A stretch of 64,000 nt of DNA from an uncultured Phascolarctobacterium sp. (GTDB lineage: Bacteria; Bacillota; Negativicutes; Acidaminococcales; Acidaminococcaceae): assembly GCA_958448515.1 (NCBI GenBank), contig CAUDEF010000001.1, positions 15,488 to 79,487 of the forward strand, read 5' to 3'. Under the pieces are notes generated by a model, which had not been told where the DNA came from, did no database searches, and was given only the letters and a program-made list of their open reading frames with translations. A program made the position numbers and the translations under genes. Below are positions 27,208 through 40,300 of this stretch, piece by piece; position 1 is the first letter of the stretch; every line of letters begins with the position of its first letter.

Positions 27208-27302
27208 TTCTGTGCTCCTTTCTGGGTAATTACGTTTTTATTATAGCAAACTTAACACTTATAAACAATATTTTATATGTGTCTATTTTTCGAAATACAC
27301 AT

Positions 27303-27337
27303 ATAAAAAAGGCATAGCCCATACGGACTATGCCTTT
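27303..27337 (-). terminator. intrinsic terminator of the atp operon
   Basis: Minus strand: aaaggcatag-tccgtatggg-ctatgccttt followed by TTTTAT. Confidence 0.8.
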
Positions 27338-27354
27338 AGCGTATCTTCAAACTC

Positions 27355-27774
27355 CTATTTGCCCTGAGACATTTTATAAGTTTTCAGACGGCTTAATGCT
27401 CTGTTCAATGCTGCTTCAGCGCGAAGGATATCGGTATCAACAGTAGGATTTGCTAAACGTTTTTCAGCTCTTTCTTTAGCTGCTTCAGCACGAGCAACAT
27501 CGATATTCTCTGCAAGCTCAGCTTTAGCACTAAGAATAGTAACTTTGTTTTGTCCTACTTCCATAAAGCCAACATCAAGGCTTGCAAAATGATCAATGCC
27601 TTGTGCATCGCGATATTTGAGCGGAGCAGCCTTTAATGTAGAAATCAAAGGTGCATGGTTAGCAAAAATGCCTATACCTCCATCAAGAGCTTCAGCAAGA
27701 ACATAAGTTACATCTTCTCTGAACAGTAAGGACTGATCAGGAGTAACTATTTCCAATTGCATCATTTTAGCCAT
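27355..27774 (-). CDS. atpC: F1 ATP synthase epsilon subunit
   Basis: 139 aa. MQLEIVTPDQ... begins the beta-sandwich, followed by a C-terminal helical hairpin. Follows atpD. Confidence 0.9.
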   Translation of the reverse strand: MAKMMQLEIVTPDQSLLFREDVTYVLAEALDGGIGIFANHAPLISTLKAAPLKYRDAQGIDHFASLDVGFMEVGQNKVTILSAKAELAENIDVARAEAAKERAEKRLANPTVDTDILRAEAALNRALSRLKTYKMSQGK

Positions 27775-27778
27775 GCAA

Positions 27779-30126
<2,348 letters not shown>

Positions 30127-30133
30127 CAGTTAC

Positions 30134-31990
30134 TCACCTCGCTTCGCCGGTGACTGCAAAGGTTTCCTTAAATTCGGAAATAGCTTTTTTCAAAGCTTCT
30201 TCATTTTCAGCAGTAATTTTCTTTTCGCTGACAATGGATTGACCGATTTCCGGATAGTTAGCGCCCAGGAATGCGAGCAATTCTTTTTCAAAACGAGTAA
30301 CATCAGCTACAGGGATATCATCAACATATCCGTTGGTTGCAGCATACAAGGACATAACTTGTTTTTCTACAGACAGCGGAACATATTGACCTTGTTTTAA
30401 AACTTCAGTCATACGTGCACCACGATCAAGTTGTGCTTTAGTTGCTTTATCCAAATCAGAACCGAACTGAGCAAACGCTGCCAATTCACGATATTGAGCA
30501 AGATCCAGACGCAGAGTACCTGCAACGGATTTCATAGCTTTGATTTGTGCACTACCACCTACGCGGGATACAGAAAGACCTACGTTGATAGCAGGACGGA
30601 TACCGGAATAGAACAATTCAGATTCCAGATAAATCTGACCGTCGGTAATGGAAATAACGTTGGTAGGAATGTAACCGCCTACGTCACCAGCAAGGGTTTC
30701 GATAATCGGCAGTGCAGTGATAGAACCGCCGCCAGCTTCCTTGTTACGACGAGCAGCACGTTCAAGCAGACGAGAGTGCAAATAGAATACGTCGCCAGGG
30801 TATGCTTCACGTCCTGGAGGACGACGGAGCAACAGGGACATAGCACGATATGCAACCGCATGTTTGGAAAGGTCGTCATATACGCACAGTACGTCTTTAG
30901 CTTGATCCATGAAGTATTCACCGATAGCAACACCGGTATAAGGTGCCAGATATTGCAACGGAGCAGAATCAGCTGCAGTAGCAGCAACGATAATGGTATA
31001 TTCCATAGCGCCATGTTGTTCGAGGATACGAGCAATACGAGCTACGTTAGAAGCTTTTTGGCCGATAGCTACATAAATGCAGATAACGCCAAGGCCTTTT
31101 TGGTTAATGATAGTATCAATAGCTACAGCGGTTTTACCGGTACCACGGTCGCCGATGATAAGTTCGCGCTGACCACGTCCGATAGGTACCAATGCGTCGA
31201 TAGCTTTGATACCGGTTTGCAGAGGAACGTCAACGGATTGACGAGCTGCAATACCAGGTGCAGGAGATTCGATAGGACGAACAGTAGTAGTTTTGATAGG
31301 TCCTTTGCCGTCAACAGGTTGGCCCAAAGGATTTACAATACGACCAAGCATAGCTTCGCCTACAGGAACTTCCATGATACGGCCGGTACGACGAACTACG
31401 TCGCCTTCTTTGATGAGGGTTTCGCCACCCATCAATACAATACCTACATCGTCAGGACGCAGGTTTTGTACCATGCCGGTAATGCCATGAGGCAGTTCAA
31501 CAAGTTCGCCAGCCATAGCGCCACGCATACCGCTTACAGTTGCGATACCATCGCCGACTTTTTCAATAATGCCGATTTCTTCAAGATCAGCATCGATAGC
31601 GTAATCCTGTACTTTTTGTGCTAAAGCATCGGTAATGCCTGCCGGTTTGCTAATAGATTGACCATCGAGGTCAACTTTATGCATTTCGTTGCCAACTTTT
31701 TCCAGTTGACGACGAGCACTAGCATCATATACATCATCGCCAATTTTAACGATAATGCCGCCGATAATGCTGGAGTCTACCATTTTTTCAAGGTAAACTT
31801 CTTTGCCCAATTTCTCAGCCAGAATTACGGAAACAGATTCATATTCAGATACAGTGAGTTTTTTAGCAGTTATAATTCTAACAGGCAGAATGTCGCCTTC
31901 CATCAGTTCGTCAGCAGGAATTTTTGCCGGGTCAAAGCTGAAATCGATAAGGCTTTTTCTGATGATAGAAAATTTGTTTTCATTCTCCAT
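30134..31990 (-). CDS. atpA: F1 ATP synthase alpha subunit fused in frame to an N-terminal delta(OSCP) C-terminal-domain-like segment
   Basis: The alpha core starts near residue 115 ([12 protein letters not shown]...GDGIATVSG...GDRGTGKT). Residues ~35-105 ([21 protein letters not shown]...[29 protein letters not shown]) resemble the delta C-terminal domain. Start is ATG 31990 or TTG 31999, after GGAGGTGA. Confidence 0.85.
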   Translation of the reverse strand: MENENKFSIIRKSLIDFSFDPAKIPADELMEGDILPVRIITAKKLTVSEYESVSVILAEKLGKEVYLEKMVDSSIIGGIIVKIGDDVYDASARRQLEKVGNEMHKVDLDGQSISKPAGITDALAQKVQDYAIDADLEEIGIIEKVGDGIATVSGMRGAMAGELVELPHGITGMVQNLRPDDVGIVLMGGETLIKEGDVVRRTGRIMEVPVGEAMLGRIVNPLGQPVDGKGPIKTTTVRPIESPAPGIAARQSVDVPLQTGIKAIDALVPIGRGQRELIIGDRGTGKTAVAIDTIINQKGLGVICIYVAIGQKASNVARIARILEQHGAMEYTIIVAATAADSAPLQYLAPYTGVAIGEYFMDQAKDVLCVYDDLSKHAVAYRAMSLLLRRPPGREAYPGDVFYLHSRLLERAARRNKEAGGGSITALPIIETLAGDVGGYIPTNVISITDGQIYLESELFYSGIRPAINVGLSVSRVGGSAQIKAMKSVAGTLRLDLAQYRELAAFAQFGSDLDKATKAQLDRGARMTEVLKQGQYVPLSVEKQVMSLYAATNGYVDDIPVADVTRFEKELLAFLGANYPEIGQSIVSEKKITAENEEALKKAISEFKETFAVTGEAR

Positions 31991-32132
31991 CTGTATCAAT
32001 CACCTCCGTATTCTCCCATCGCTTTGCAATAGGTATTATTAACGAGCAGATTTCTACTCTAAATTTTAATTTAGGGTTTATCCGTTCTTAAACATTCTCA
32101 ATAAGAAGCAAGATCCCTGTCACACTTGAAAA

Positions 32133-32621
32133 TTAATTGCGGTCTTTCAATACAGAATCAGCAGCTGCAGCTACCAGTTTCTGATCTTCTGCAGAGTTCA
32201 ATTTCTGATCAACAATTTTACCGGCAATCATAGTGCTAAGTGCGATAACTTCAGAACGGATATCCAACATAGCCTGTTGTTTTTCCTGTTCAATACGTTC
32301 TTTGGCACTAGCCATCATTTCTTCTTTTTCCACACGAGCCTGTTCAACCATCTCGTCATGGAGATTTTGAGCAATTTTGTTAGCTTTTTCTACAATTTCA
32401 GTTGCCTGTTGACGAGCATCAGCCAGCTGTTGAGTATATTCAGCTTTCAAACTTTCTGCTTCTAATCTCGTTTTTTCAGCGGAATCCAAATCATTAGCGA
32501 TGCGATTGCGACGCTCTTCCATTACTTTAAGTAACGGTTTGTAAGCGAATTTCGCAAGAATTGCCAAAAGAATCAAAAAGTTAAGGATCTGCGCAATAAG
32601 TGTTGCATTAATACTAGCCAA
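32133..32621 (-). CDS. atpF: F0 ATP synthase b subunit
   Basis: 162 aa with one N-terminal TM (ILNFLILLAILAKFAYKPL) and a long charged helix. Confidence 0.9.
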   Translation of the reverse strand: MASINATLIAQILNFLILLAILAKFAYKPLLKVMEERRNRIANDLDSAEKTRLEAESLKAEYTQQLADARQQATEIVEKANKIAQNLHDEMVEQARVEKEEMMASAKERIEQEKQQAMLDIRSEVIALSTMIAGKIVDQKLNSAEDQKLVAAAADSVLKDRN

Positions 32622-32657
32622 TTATAGCACTCTCCTTCTTTGCATTTCCGACAAAAA

Positions 32658-32912
32658 TTATTTTACAAACGGATTAGCAAATACGAGAACGATAGCGATA
32701 ACGGATGCAATAATGGGGATAGATTCTACAAGGCCGATACCGATGAGCATGTTAACTTGGAAAGTGGAAGCTTGTTCAGGTTGACGAGCCATGCATTCCA
32801 AAGCTTTGGAAGCAACAACAGAGTCACCTTTAGTAGCGCCGAGAGATGCACCTGCACCGATGATAGCAGCTGCAAGTACGGAAGTTGCAATAATAATAGC
32901 GTTTTCAGTCAT
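32658..32912 (-). CDS. atpE: F0 ATP synthase c subunit
   Basis: 84 aa from ATG 32912. Hairpin with an ARQPE loop and the carboxylate in GLVESIPII. Confidence 0.9.
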   Translation of the reverse strand: MTENAIIIATSVLAAAIIGAGASLGATKGDSVVASKALECMARQPEQASTFQVNMLIGIGLVESIPIIASVIAIVLVFANPFVK

Positions 32913-33008
32913 TTTTAGATACATCCTTTCAAATCTTCTTTTTTGATTTTTCAAATTATATAAATTTAATTTGAACTGAATTAATAAAGTACTAAAACTG
33001 TATCAGTC

Positions 33009-33716
33009 TTAGTGATGCGCTCTGAATACAGGCGCAATGGCAGTCATTGTCAGCATTGTAAAAATAAATGCCTGCAAGAAACCTACTACAAGGCTGAAGC
33101 CAACCCACAGTTCAGGAATAATCCATGGTGCCAGCATGTACAGCACGATAAGCAGAATTTCACCTGCCAGAATGTTACCGAAAAGACGAAGTGCCATAGT
33201 TAAAGGTTTGGACACTTCTTCCAACAGATTAAGCGGAAGGAATACCACAGAAGGCTGAACAAAATGTGCAAAGTAGCCTAAGCCGTGTCTCATAACGCCC
33301 AACACATAAACGGTAAGGGATACCATAATGGCCATACCCAATGTTACGTTAACGTCGTTGGTCGGGGAGGTGAAATGCACACCAACCTGCGGCAACAAAC
33401 CAAGCTCGTTGGCAACAAACAGGTAAAGGAACAAAGTGATAATAAACGGAGCAACACTACGGCGTCCTTCAATACCAAGGTTACGTTCCATTAAATCATT
33501 CAACCAGTCAATGAACATTTCTACAATGTTCTGTATTCCAGACGGTATCATTTCCGGTTTTCTGGTAGCTGCAAACACAATAATCATGACAATTGCCATA
33601 GCAAGCCAAGACATATAAATAGACTGCATGTTTACAACTGCGCCACCTAAGAAATCAATCTGTGTTGGCAGATAATGAATGATTTCATTGCTAGCTTCCG
33701 CTTCAACATTTCCCAT
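33009..33716 (-). CDS. atpB: F0 ATP synthase a subunit
   Basis: 235 aa. The LRLFGNILAGE block holds the conserved Arg. Confidence 0.92.
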   Translation of the reverse strand: MGNVEAEASNEIIHYLPTQIDFLGGAVVNMQSIYMSWLAMAIVMIIVFAATRKPEMIPSGIQNIVEMFIDWLNDLMERNLGIEGRRSVAPFIITLFLYLFVANELGLLPQVGVHFTSPTNDVNVTLGMAIMVSLTVYVLGVMRHGLGYFAHFVQPSVVFLPLNLLEEVSKPLTMALRLFGNILAGEILLIVLYMLAPWIIPELWVGFSLVVGFLQAFIFTMLTMTAIAPVFRAHH

Positions 33717-33720
33717 TCTG

Positions 33721-34131
33721 TCACTCTCCTTTCTTCACGACCGCCTTTTTCTTTAAATCACGGTTCGCGATAATTATGAGATTAATAAGTAAAAATATAT
33801 GCATAAGCAGGAACCCAACGTATATACCTAAAACGTTGAGATCCAGCTTCAACATAACTATAGTAGACAAAAACAATACAGACATTCTGATAAGCATGGT
33901 TCTGTGCATTACGGCAACGGATTCTTTAATAGATTTTTCCATGCCTTTTTTTACTCCGCGGAATGTCAGATAACTGTCAAATACACCCAGCGACAGCCCA
34001 AACAGCCACAATGACGCTGTCAGCATACCATACTTTAATCCGATAAATCCTGCAACGACAACTGCCAAAACAGCCTGTCTACGTAAAATAGTACTCCATG
34101 CAGAGTACACCGCAGCAACAATGCTATTCAT
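33721..34131 (-). CDS. atpI: ATP synthase subunit I-like membrane protein
   Basis: 136 aa, 4 TM, immediately upstream of atpB. Confidence 0.6.
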   Translation of the reverse strand: MNSIVAAVYSAWSTILRRQAVLAVVVAGFIGLKYGMLTASLWLFGLSLGVFDSYLTFRGVKKGMEKSIKESVAVMHRTMLIRMSVLFLSTIVMLKLDLNVLGIYVGFLLMHIFLLINLIIIANRDLKKKAVVKKGE

Positions 34132-34381
34132 CTTTTCTACCCTTATTTTTGTTATTTTTCGACAACAGCAAATCTCTAGTTATAATTTTATAAATAGATA
34201 AAAATGCGGTTACAATACCCATAACGGTGCCAACCAGTCTGCAGGTATGTTTCTCAACCTCCAGATAAACATCCAGCCAGCCGCCAATGTAATATCCTGC
34301 TAATATATTAGCACCAATAATACTAATTACTGACGTAGCAAATAGCAGGGCTTGCATTACTTTTCCGTACTTTGGATCCAT
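34124..34381 (-). CDS. AtpZ/AtpI family small membrane protein
   Basis: 2-TM protein and first gene of the atp operon. GGGGTG RBS precedes ATG 34381. Overlaps atpI by 8 nt. Confidence 0.55.
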   Translation of the reverse strand: MDPKYGKVMQALLFATSVISIIGANILAGYYIGGWLDVYLEVEKHTCRLVGTVMGIVTAFLSIYKIITRDLLLSKNNKNKGRKDE

Positions 34382-34525
34382 AATCAGCACCCCACTCAAC
34401 ACTCATCTATATGGAAATTATAAACTTTATATGTATAATTTTCGACAAATTTGTGAACAGTCCTGCAAAAATCTGTCGGCTGTTTAATATTTTACAAAAA
34501 ATCCATAACTTTTACAACAGTTTTA

Positions 34526-35686
34526 TTACTTTTTCGCCAAAAATTCTTCAAAATCTTCTACAGGAAAATTATACTTTTTCAGGATGGCCTTAATTATGCG
34601 CTCACACGCTCTGCCGTCACCGTAGGGATTAGCAGCTTCAGCCATCTGACGATAATGTTTCTCATCATCCAGAAGCATATTTGTTTCACGCAGAACATCT
34701 TCGTACGCTGTACCAATCAGTTTTACAGTACCAGCCTCTACAGCTTCCGGTCTTTCTGTAGTATCGCGCAGTACAAGTACGGGTTTGCCAAGTGCAGGAG
34801 CCTCTTCCTGAATTCCGCCGCTGTCGGTAAGAACAATATCCACCTTAGCCATCAGATTGGCAAACGGCTCATAATCCATAGGCTCGATTAAATGTACTCT
34901 GTCAAGAGTACCCAATTCTTCCTGAACAATTTCACGCACTTTAGGATTTTTATGTACAGGGAAAATGGCTTCAACATCCGGATGAGTTTCAAGTACTGTT
35001 TTAAGGGCCTTATAAACGTGACGCATAGGTTCGCCAAGATTTTCTCTGCGATGGGTAGTCATTAAAATAAGCTTTCTGCCTGACTCAAATACTTCGTTAA
35101 ACTCTTTGTCAGCAAATTTATAATCTTCTTTTACAGTAGCCTGCAGCGCATCAATAACTGTATTACCGGTAACGAGAATATCTGCCGGTTTGACATTTTC
35201 TTTCAGAAGATTGCCTTTGCTTGTACTGGTAGGCGCAAAATGCATATCGGCAATAGCACCGGTAAGCTTGCGGTTCATTTCTTCAGGATAAGGAGAATAT
35301 TTATCGCCTGTTCTGAGACCTGCTTCAACATGTCCTACGGGAATCTGCGCATAAAAGGCTGCCAAAGCACCCGCAAAGGTTGTAGTGGTATCACCATGTA
35401 CAAGTACAATGTCAGGCTTAGCCTCTTCCATAACGCATTTAAGCCCCATCAGCGCCTTGCTTGTTACATCATGCAGGGTTTGTCCCGCAGTCATAATATT
35501 GAGATCATAGTCCGGCTTGATTTTAAACAGTTCCAGAACCTGATCCAGCATTTCTCTGTGCTGAGCAGTTACTGCAACAACCGGCTCAATCCACTCCTCA
35601 TATTTCTGCATTTCCAGTACCAGCGGACACATTTTTATTGCTTCCGGTCTTGTACCAAATACTGTCATAATTTTAATCTTTTTCAC
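34526..35686 (-). CDS. wecB: UDP-N-acetylglucosamine 2-epimerase (non-hydrolysing)
   Basis: KIMTVFGTRPEAIKMCPL and HVEAGLRT motifs. GTG start after GGAGG. Confidence 0.9.
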   Translation of the reverse strand: MKKIKIMTVFGTRPEAIKMCPLVLEMQKYEEWIEPVVAVTAQHREMLDQVLELFKIKPDYDLNIMTAGQTLHDVTSKALMGLKCVMEEAKPDIVLVHGDTTTTFAGALAAFYAQIPVGHVEAGLRTGDKYSPYPEEMNRKLTGAIADMHFAPTSTSKGNLLKENVKPADILVTGNTVIDALQATVKEDYKFADKEFNEVFESGRKLILMTTHRRENLGEPMRHVYKALKTVLETHPDVEAIFPVHKNPKVREIVQEELGTLDRVHLIEPMDYEPFANLMAKVDIVLTDSGGIQEEAPALGKPVLVLRDTTERPEAVEAGTVKLIGTAYEDVLRETNMLLDDEKHYRQMAEAANPYGDGRACERIIKAILKKYNFPVEDFEEFLAKK

Positions 35687-35702
35687 TGCTCTTCCTCCCC
35701 TG

Positions 35703-36719
35703 CTATTTATCGTTTAAAATACCGATTTTTTTAGCACCAACTGCAACAGCAGTAATAATCACTGCAATTATAAGCGCAGCATAAAATCCGTCCACCTCTG
35801 CCCATAACACGGCAGCAATACCAAGCACAGCACTTATGCCATACATCAGCAGCACCGCTTCCTTCTGGTTCATACCCATGGCAAGCAGTCTGTGATGCAG
35901 ATGCCCTTTATCCGGCTGAAAAATAGGTCTTCCGTTAGTATATCTGCGCATAATTGCAAAAGCCGTATCCATTATGGGCAAGCCTAAAGCAATTGCAGGA
36001 ACAATAAGCGCAATTGTCGTAGCAGTCTTTACCGCACCAAGCACAGAAATTGCTGCCAGCATATAACCAATAAACATACTGCCGGTATCACCCATAAATA
36101 TAGTTGCGGGATTAAAATTATACCTGATAAATCCCAGGATACCGCCTGCAAGAGCAGCTGTCAGCACAGCAATATGAAAATAACCCATCTGCGCTGCTAC
36201 CAAGATCACAGTTATTGAAGCAATGGCAGAAACGCCTGCCGCAAGTCCGTCCAGTCCGTCAATAAGATTTACAACATTAGTGAAGCTTATTATCCAGAAA
36301 ATGGTAACAGGTATGGATATAAACTTATCAAGATAAAAATATCCGCCTAAAGGATTATTAAGCCACTCTATACGAATATCAAACAACACAAGCACAGCAG
36401 CAGCGGCAATCTGCCCCAGCAGCTTAACCTTTGCAGGAAGCTGATATTTATCATCCAGAACACCAACTATCACTATCAGCGTTCCTCCCAAAAGAACACC
36501 TGCTATATCCCAGGTTATCTCAATACTGCTTATCGCGCCAACCATAAAGGCTATATATATTGCCAGACCGCCGAGCCTGGGCATAATCCTTTTATGTACT
36601 TTTCTGTTATCAGGCTTATCGATAGCACCGATTTTAAACGCCAGCTGTTTAATATAAGGAGTTAAAACATAGCTCACTAAGGCTGCCAGCAGCAAAGGAA
36701 AACCATATACTTTTAACAT
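35703..36719 (-). CDS. MraY-like glycosyltransferase family 4 (undecaprenyl-phosphate GlcNAc-1-P transferase, WecA/TagO-like)
   Basis: Blocks: KPDNRKVHKRIMPRLGG, VNLIDGLDGLA, MGDTGSMFIG. Confidence 0.85.
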   Translation of the reverse strand: MLKVYGFPLLLAALVSYVLTPYIKQLAFKIGAIDKPDNRKVHKRIMPRLGGLAIYIAFMVGAISSIEITWDIAGVLLGGTLIVIVGVLDDKYQLPAKVKLLGQIAAAAVLVLFDIRIEWLNNPLGGYFYLDKFISIPVTIFWIISFTNVVNLIDGLDGLAAGVSAIASITVILVAAQMGYFHIAVLTAALAGGILGFIRYNFNPATIFMGDTGSMFIGYMLAAISVLGAVKTATTIALIVPAIALGLPIMDTAFAIMRRYTNGRPIFQPDKGHLHHRLLAMGMNQKEAVLLMYGISAVLGIAAVLWAEVDGFYAALIIAVIITAVAVGAKKIGILNDK

Positions 36720-36861
36720 TTCTACCTCTCCGCAGAATATTATCTTCTGCGCATTTTTAAATTATTTTAATTTTGTAACCAAGTTTATTATAGTATATCA
36801 AAAAAATTCCTTTTGTGAAAAATATTTTGATAAATTCAAGGTTTTTTAACAATCTTATCAG

Positions 36862-36901
36862 CTCATAAAAATAGTCATCCGTTTATACGGATGACTATTT
36901 T
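36862..36901 (-). terminator. intrinsic terminator after the dCMP deaminase gene
   Basis: aaaatagtcatccgt-ttat-acggatgactatttt (perfect stem) followed by a T-run on the minus strand. Confidence 0.85.
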
Positions 36902-36902
36902 A

Positions 36903-37349
36903 CTATTTATCCAGTACAACAATTTCAATACCTGATGCGGCCATCATATCTTCTGCCAGTTTATCCGGATACGGATTTGCATAAACAATTCTGGTTATAC
37001 CCGCATTTATCAAAATCTTAGTACATACTACACAGGGCTGGTGCGTACAATACAAAGTGCCTCCATTAACAGATACACCGTGATAAGCAGCCTGCACTAC
37101 AGCATTTTGCTCAGCATGAATACCTCGACACAACTCGTGCATCTGCCCGGAAGGCACGTTAAGCTGCTGTCTTAAACATCCTACCGTTTCGCAATGAGGC
37201 AGATTTTTGGGTGTACCATTATATCCTGTTGCTACAATTTGCCTGTTTTTGACAATTACAGCACCTACACTTCTGCGCAGACAGGTTGATCTTTTGCTGA
37301 CAACCTGCGCAATCTCCATAAAGTAATTATCCCAGTCCGGTCTGTTCAT
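36903..37349 (-). CDS. comEB: dCMP deaminase (ComEB-type)
   Basis: [14 protein letters not shown] at the N-terminus, with HAEQNA and PCVVCTK zinc motifs. The start ATG lies 1 nt after the upp stop. Confidence 0.85.
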   Translation of the reverse strand: MNRPDWDNYFMEIAQVVSKRSTCLRRSVGAVIVKNRQIVATGYNGTPKNLPHCETVGCLRQQLNVPSGQMHELCRGIHAEQNAVVQAAYHGVSVNGGTLYCTHQPCVVCTKILINAGITRIVYANPYPDKLAEDMMAASGIEIVVLDK

Positions 37350-37350
37350 C

Positions 37351-37971
37351 TCAGATTGTACCAAAAATGCGGTCACCTGCATCACCTAAACCAGGAACAA
37401 TATAACCGCGTTCATTAAGATGATCATCTAAAGCAGCAGTATAAATCTTTACATCAGGATGAGCTTCGTTCAGCTTTTTAACACCTTCAGGAGCGGCAAC
37501 CAGACACATGAAACGAATATTTTTTATTCCGCGTTTTTTAAGCTGTTCGATTGCAGCAACAGCTGAACCGCCTGTAGCCAGCATAGGATCTAAGACAACA
37601 GTGTACGCATCCATATCTTTGGGCATTTTGCAGTAATATTCCATAGGCTCCAAGGTTTCTTCATTGCGGCTCATGCCTATATGACCAACATTAGCCTCTG
37701 GAATAACCTGAGTTACACTGCTTAGAAAGCCAAGTCCGGCACGCAAAATAGGTACAACTGTTATGCTGCCGGCTATTTTATAACCAACAGTTTCAGTAAG
37801 CGGGGTTTGTACTTTTACAGTATCCAACGGCAAATCTTTAGTAACTTCAAAAATCAACAGCATGGCAATTTCGTCCAGAATACGCTTAAACATGACAGTA
37901 TCTGTCTTAATATCACGAATCTGAGTCAATTTTGCTTTAATTAATGGATGTTCAACTACTGTAATTTGCAT
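37351..37971 (-). CDS. upp: uracil phosphoribosyltransferase
   Basis: [12 protein letters not shown] is the PRPP motif. [16 protein letters not shown] lies at the C-terminus. Confidence 0.95.
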   Translation of the reverse strand: MQITVVEHPLIKAKLTQIRDIKTDTVMFKRILDEIAMLLIFEVTKDLPLDTVKVQTPLTETVGYKIAGSITVVPILRAGLGFLSSVTQVIPEANVGHIGMSRNEETLEPMEYYCKMPKDMDAYTVVLDPMLATGGSAVAAIEQLKKRGIKNIRFMCLVAAPEGVKKLNEAHPDVKIYTAALDDHLNERGYIVPGLGDAGDRIFGTI

Positions 37972-37987
37972 TTGTATCTTCCTTTGC

Positions 37988-39238
37988 TTAAATATTTTGA
38001 TACATTGGATATTTCTCGCACAACACAGCTACACGTTTTTTAGCCTCAGCACGCTTGTCAGCATCTGCAGGATTATTAAGTACTAATCCGATGATAGCTG
38101 CTACTTCACGCATATCGTCCTCATTAAAGCCTCTGGTAGTAACAGCAGGTGTACCAAGTCTGATACCGCTGGTAACAAACGGACTTGCAGGATCAAAAGG
38201 AATGGTATTTTTATTGCAGGTAATACCAACTTCATCCAGCAAATGTTCTGCCTCTTTGCCAGTCAGACCCTGTCCACGTACATCAACGAGAACCAGATGG
38301 TTGTCAGTACCGCCGGATACAAGGCGGAATCCTTCCTTAATAAGAGCTGCAGCAAACGCTTTTGCATTTTTAACAATATTTTCCTGATATTCTTTAAATT
38401 CAGGTTGCAGAGCTTCACCTAAAGCAACAGCTTTTGCAGCAATAACATGCATCAACGGGCCGCCCTGAATACCAGGGAAAATAGCCTTATCAATTGCTTT
38501 GGCATATTCTTCTTTATTGCATAAAATCAGTCCTCCGCGAGGTCCGCGCAGAGTTTTGTGAGTTGTAGTTGTTACAATATCAGCATAAGGCACGGGGCTT
38601 GGATGTACACCGGCAGCTACAAGACCTGCAATATGTGCCATATCAACAAGCAGCAGTGCGCCTACACTGTGAGCAATATCAGCAATGCGTTTAAAATCAA
38701 TTTCTCTTGGATATGCGCTGGCACCGGCTACAATTAATTTAGGTTTATGTTCCTGAGCCAGTTTTTCCATTGCATCATAATCAATCATTTCTGTTTCCTG
38801 GTCTACGCCATAAGGAATAATGTTAAAATAACGACCGGAAATATTAACAGGTGATCCATGGCTCAAATGACCGCCCTGAGATAAGTTCATACCCATCATG
38901 GTATCTCCGGGCTGTAAAAATGCGTAATATACTGCAAGGTTAGTGCTTGCGCCGCAATGAGGCTGTACATTAGCGTATTTAGCGCCGAATAATTTTTTAG
39001 CGCGTTCAATAGCCAGGGTTTCTACCTTATCAACGTATTCGCATCCGCCATAATAACGGCGTCCAGGATAGCCTTCTGCGTATTTATTAGTCAAAATTGT
39101 ACCCATTGCCTCCATAACAGCAGGAGTAACAAAGTTTTCAGAAGCAATAAGCTCAATTTTATTTCTCTGTCTGCCTAATTCCTCAGCAATATAACCGGTA
39201 AGTTCCGGATCAACAACAGCTAATTTTTCCAAATTCAT
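37988..39238 (-). CDS. glyA: serine hydroxymethyltransferase
   Basis: [14 protein letters not shown] and [14 protein letters not shown] motifs. GGAGGG RBS precedes ATG 39238. Confidence 0.95.
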   Translation of the reverse strand: MNLEKLAVVDPELTGYIAEELGRQRNKIELIASENFVTPAVMEAMGTILTNKYAEGYPGRRYYGGCEYVDKVETLAIERAKKLFGAKYANVQPHCGASTNLAVYYAFLQPGDTMMGMNLSQGGHLSHGSPVNISGRYFNIIPYGVDQETEMIDYDAMEKLAQEHKPKLIVAGASAYPREIDFKRIADIAHSVGALLLVDMAHIAGLVAAGVHPSPVPYADIVTTTTHKTLRGPRGGLILCNKEEYAKAIDKAIFPGIQGGPLMHVIAAKAVALGEALQPEFKEYQENIVKNAKAFAAALIKEGFRLVSGGTDNHLVLVDVRGQGLTGKEAEHLLDEVGITCNKNTIPFDPASPFVTSGIRLGTPAVTTRGFNEDDMREVAAIIGLVLNNPADADKRAEAKKRVAVLCEKYPMYQNI

Positions 39239-39264
39239 TAATAATCCCTCCAAATAAAATTATC

Positions 39265-39816
39265 TCATCTAGATTCAGGGTATTTAGCCCTTTCACCGCC
39301 AATAAGCGGCGGTCTTGTTCTTGCGGCAGTTAATACGGCACTGCCTATTTCTCTGTATTTTAATCTTACAGGTACCGCAACTCTTTTTAAGTGCATACCT
39401 ATCAGAGTCTGACCAATGTCAATTCCCAGATGGGCACGTACACTCTCCAGAACAACAGGTTCCTTAAAACCTTCGTAAGCCGCAGTTGCCATAGCTCCTC
39501 CGGCGTGAGGCATCGGTCTTACTGTTACTTCTGTAAAATCATATTTGTCCAATATGGCAGTTTCTGCTACTAAAGCACGATTTAAATGCTCACAGCACTG
39601 TACTGCCAGAAACAGCTGGTATTTATCTGTAATCCGTTTCAGCGCTTTAAACATAATATCGGCAGCCTCACTGCTTCCGCCGGTACCTATTTTATTACCA
39701 ATTACTTCACTGGTACTGCATCCCAGAACAAAAATCTGTCCCGGTCTTGCCTTAGCTGTTATAATAAGCTCTTCAGCCACTTCCTGTAATTGCTGTGCAA
39801 TTAGCTCAATTTCCAT
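39265..39816 (-). CDS. TIGR01440/DUF436 (YwlG-like) family protein
   Basis: GQIFVLGCSTSEV block. Conserved position between rpiB and glyA, as in Bacillus ywlG. Confidence 0.7.
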   Translation of the reverse strand: MEIELIAQQLQEVAEELIITAKARPGQIFVLGCSTSEVIGNKIGTGGSSEAADIMFKALKRITDKYQLFLAVQCCEHLNRALVAETAILDKYDFTEVTVRPMPHAGGAMATAAYEGFKEPVVLESVRAHLGIDIGQTLIGMHLKRVAVPVRLKYREIGSAVLTAARTRPPLIGGERAKYPESR

Positions 39817-40265
39817 TATTTATCGGACTCCAATGCCATAATTTTATCTACTCTTCTGGCATGTCTGCCACCGGCAAATTCTGTTTCCAGCCACACGTCA
39901 GTTATCATTTCTGCAAGGCCTACGCCTGTTGTACGCTCGCCCATGCACAATACATTTGCATTGTTATGTTCGCGGCTCATTTTGGCAGAAAAAACGTCTG
40001 CGCAGAGAGCTGCTCTGATGCCATGGCATTTATTTGCCGCAATAGATATACCAATACCGGTGCCGCAGATCAAAATTCCTCTTTCAGCTCCGCTTTCTCC
40101 ATTTACAATATCTTTACAGAGCTTTTCGGCAAAATCAGGATAATCACAGGATTCTTCAGTGTAGGTGCCATGATCTACAACTTCAATTCCCTTATCCTGC
40201 AGATATTTTTTCAAATGCTCTTTTAAATGAATTCCACCATGATCAGATGCCATTGCAATTTTCAT
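39816..40265 (-). CDS. rpiB: ribose-5-phosphate isomerase B
   Basis: MKIAMASDHGG and ILICGTGIGISIAANK motifs. GGAGG RBS. Confidence 0.9.
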   Translation of the reverse strand: MKIAMASDHGGIHLKEHLKKYLQDKGIEVVDHGTYTEESCDYPDFAEKLCKDIVNGESGAERGILICGTGIGISIAANKCHGIRAALCADVFSAKMSREHNNANVLCMGERTTGVGLAEMITDVWLETEFAGGRHARRVDKIMALESDK

Positions 40266-40300
40266 AATCATTCCTCCATTCGGCAAGGTATCAGTTCTTC

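Noticed and set aside
32000-32132. A remnant or frameshifted 5' part of atpH in the atpF-atpA spacer.
   Set aside because: The spacer is 133 nt (at most 44 codons), contains stops in the relevant frames, and gives no delta-like translation. The N-terminal delta domain appears to be absent, not frameshifted, though only re-sequencing can exclude an assembly deletion.
32658-32912. A Na+-coupled ATP synthase matching the Na+-pumping MadB.
   Set aside because: The c subunit has the Glu-Ser pair (GLVESIPII). It lacks the helix-1 Gln (GASLG where Na+ types have GxGQG). It also lacks the Thr/Tyr that follow the ES pair in Ilyobacter/Propionigenium c subunits. The Na+ signature is incomplete, so no claim is made. 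The slightly longer helix 1 would need an alignment to interpret.
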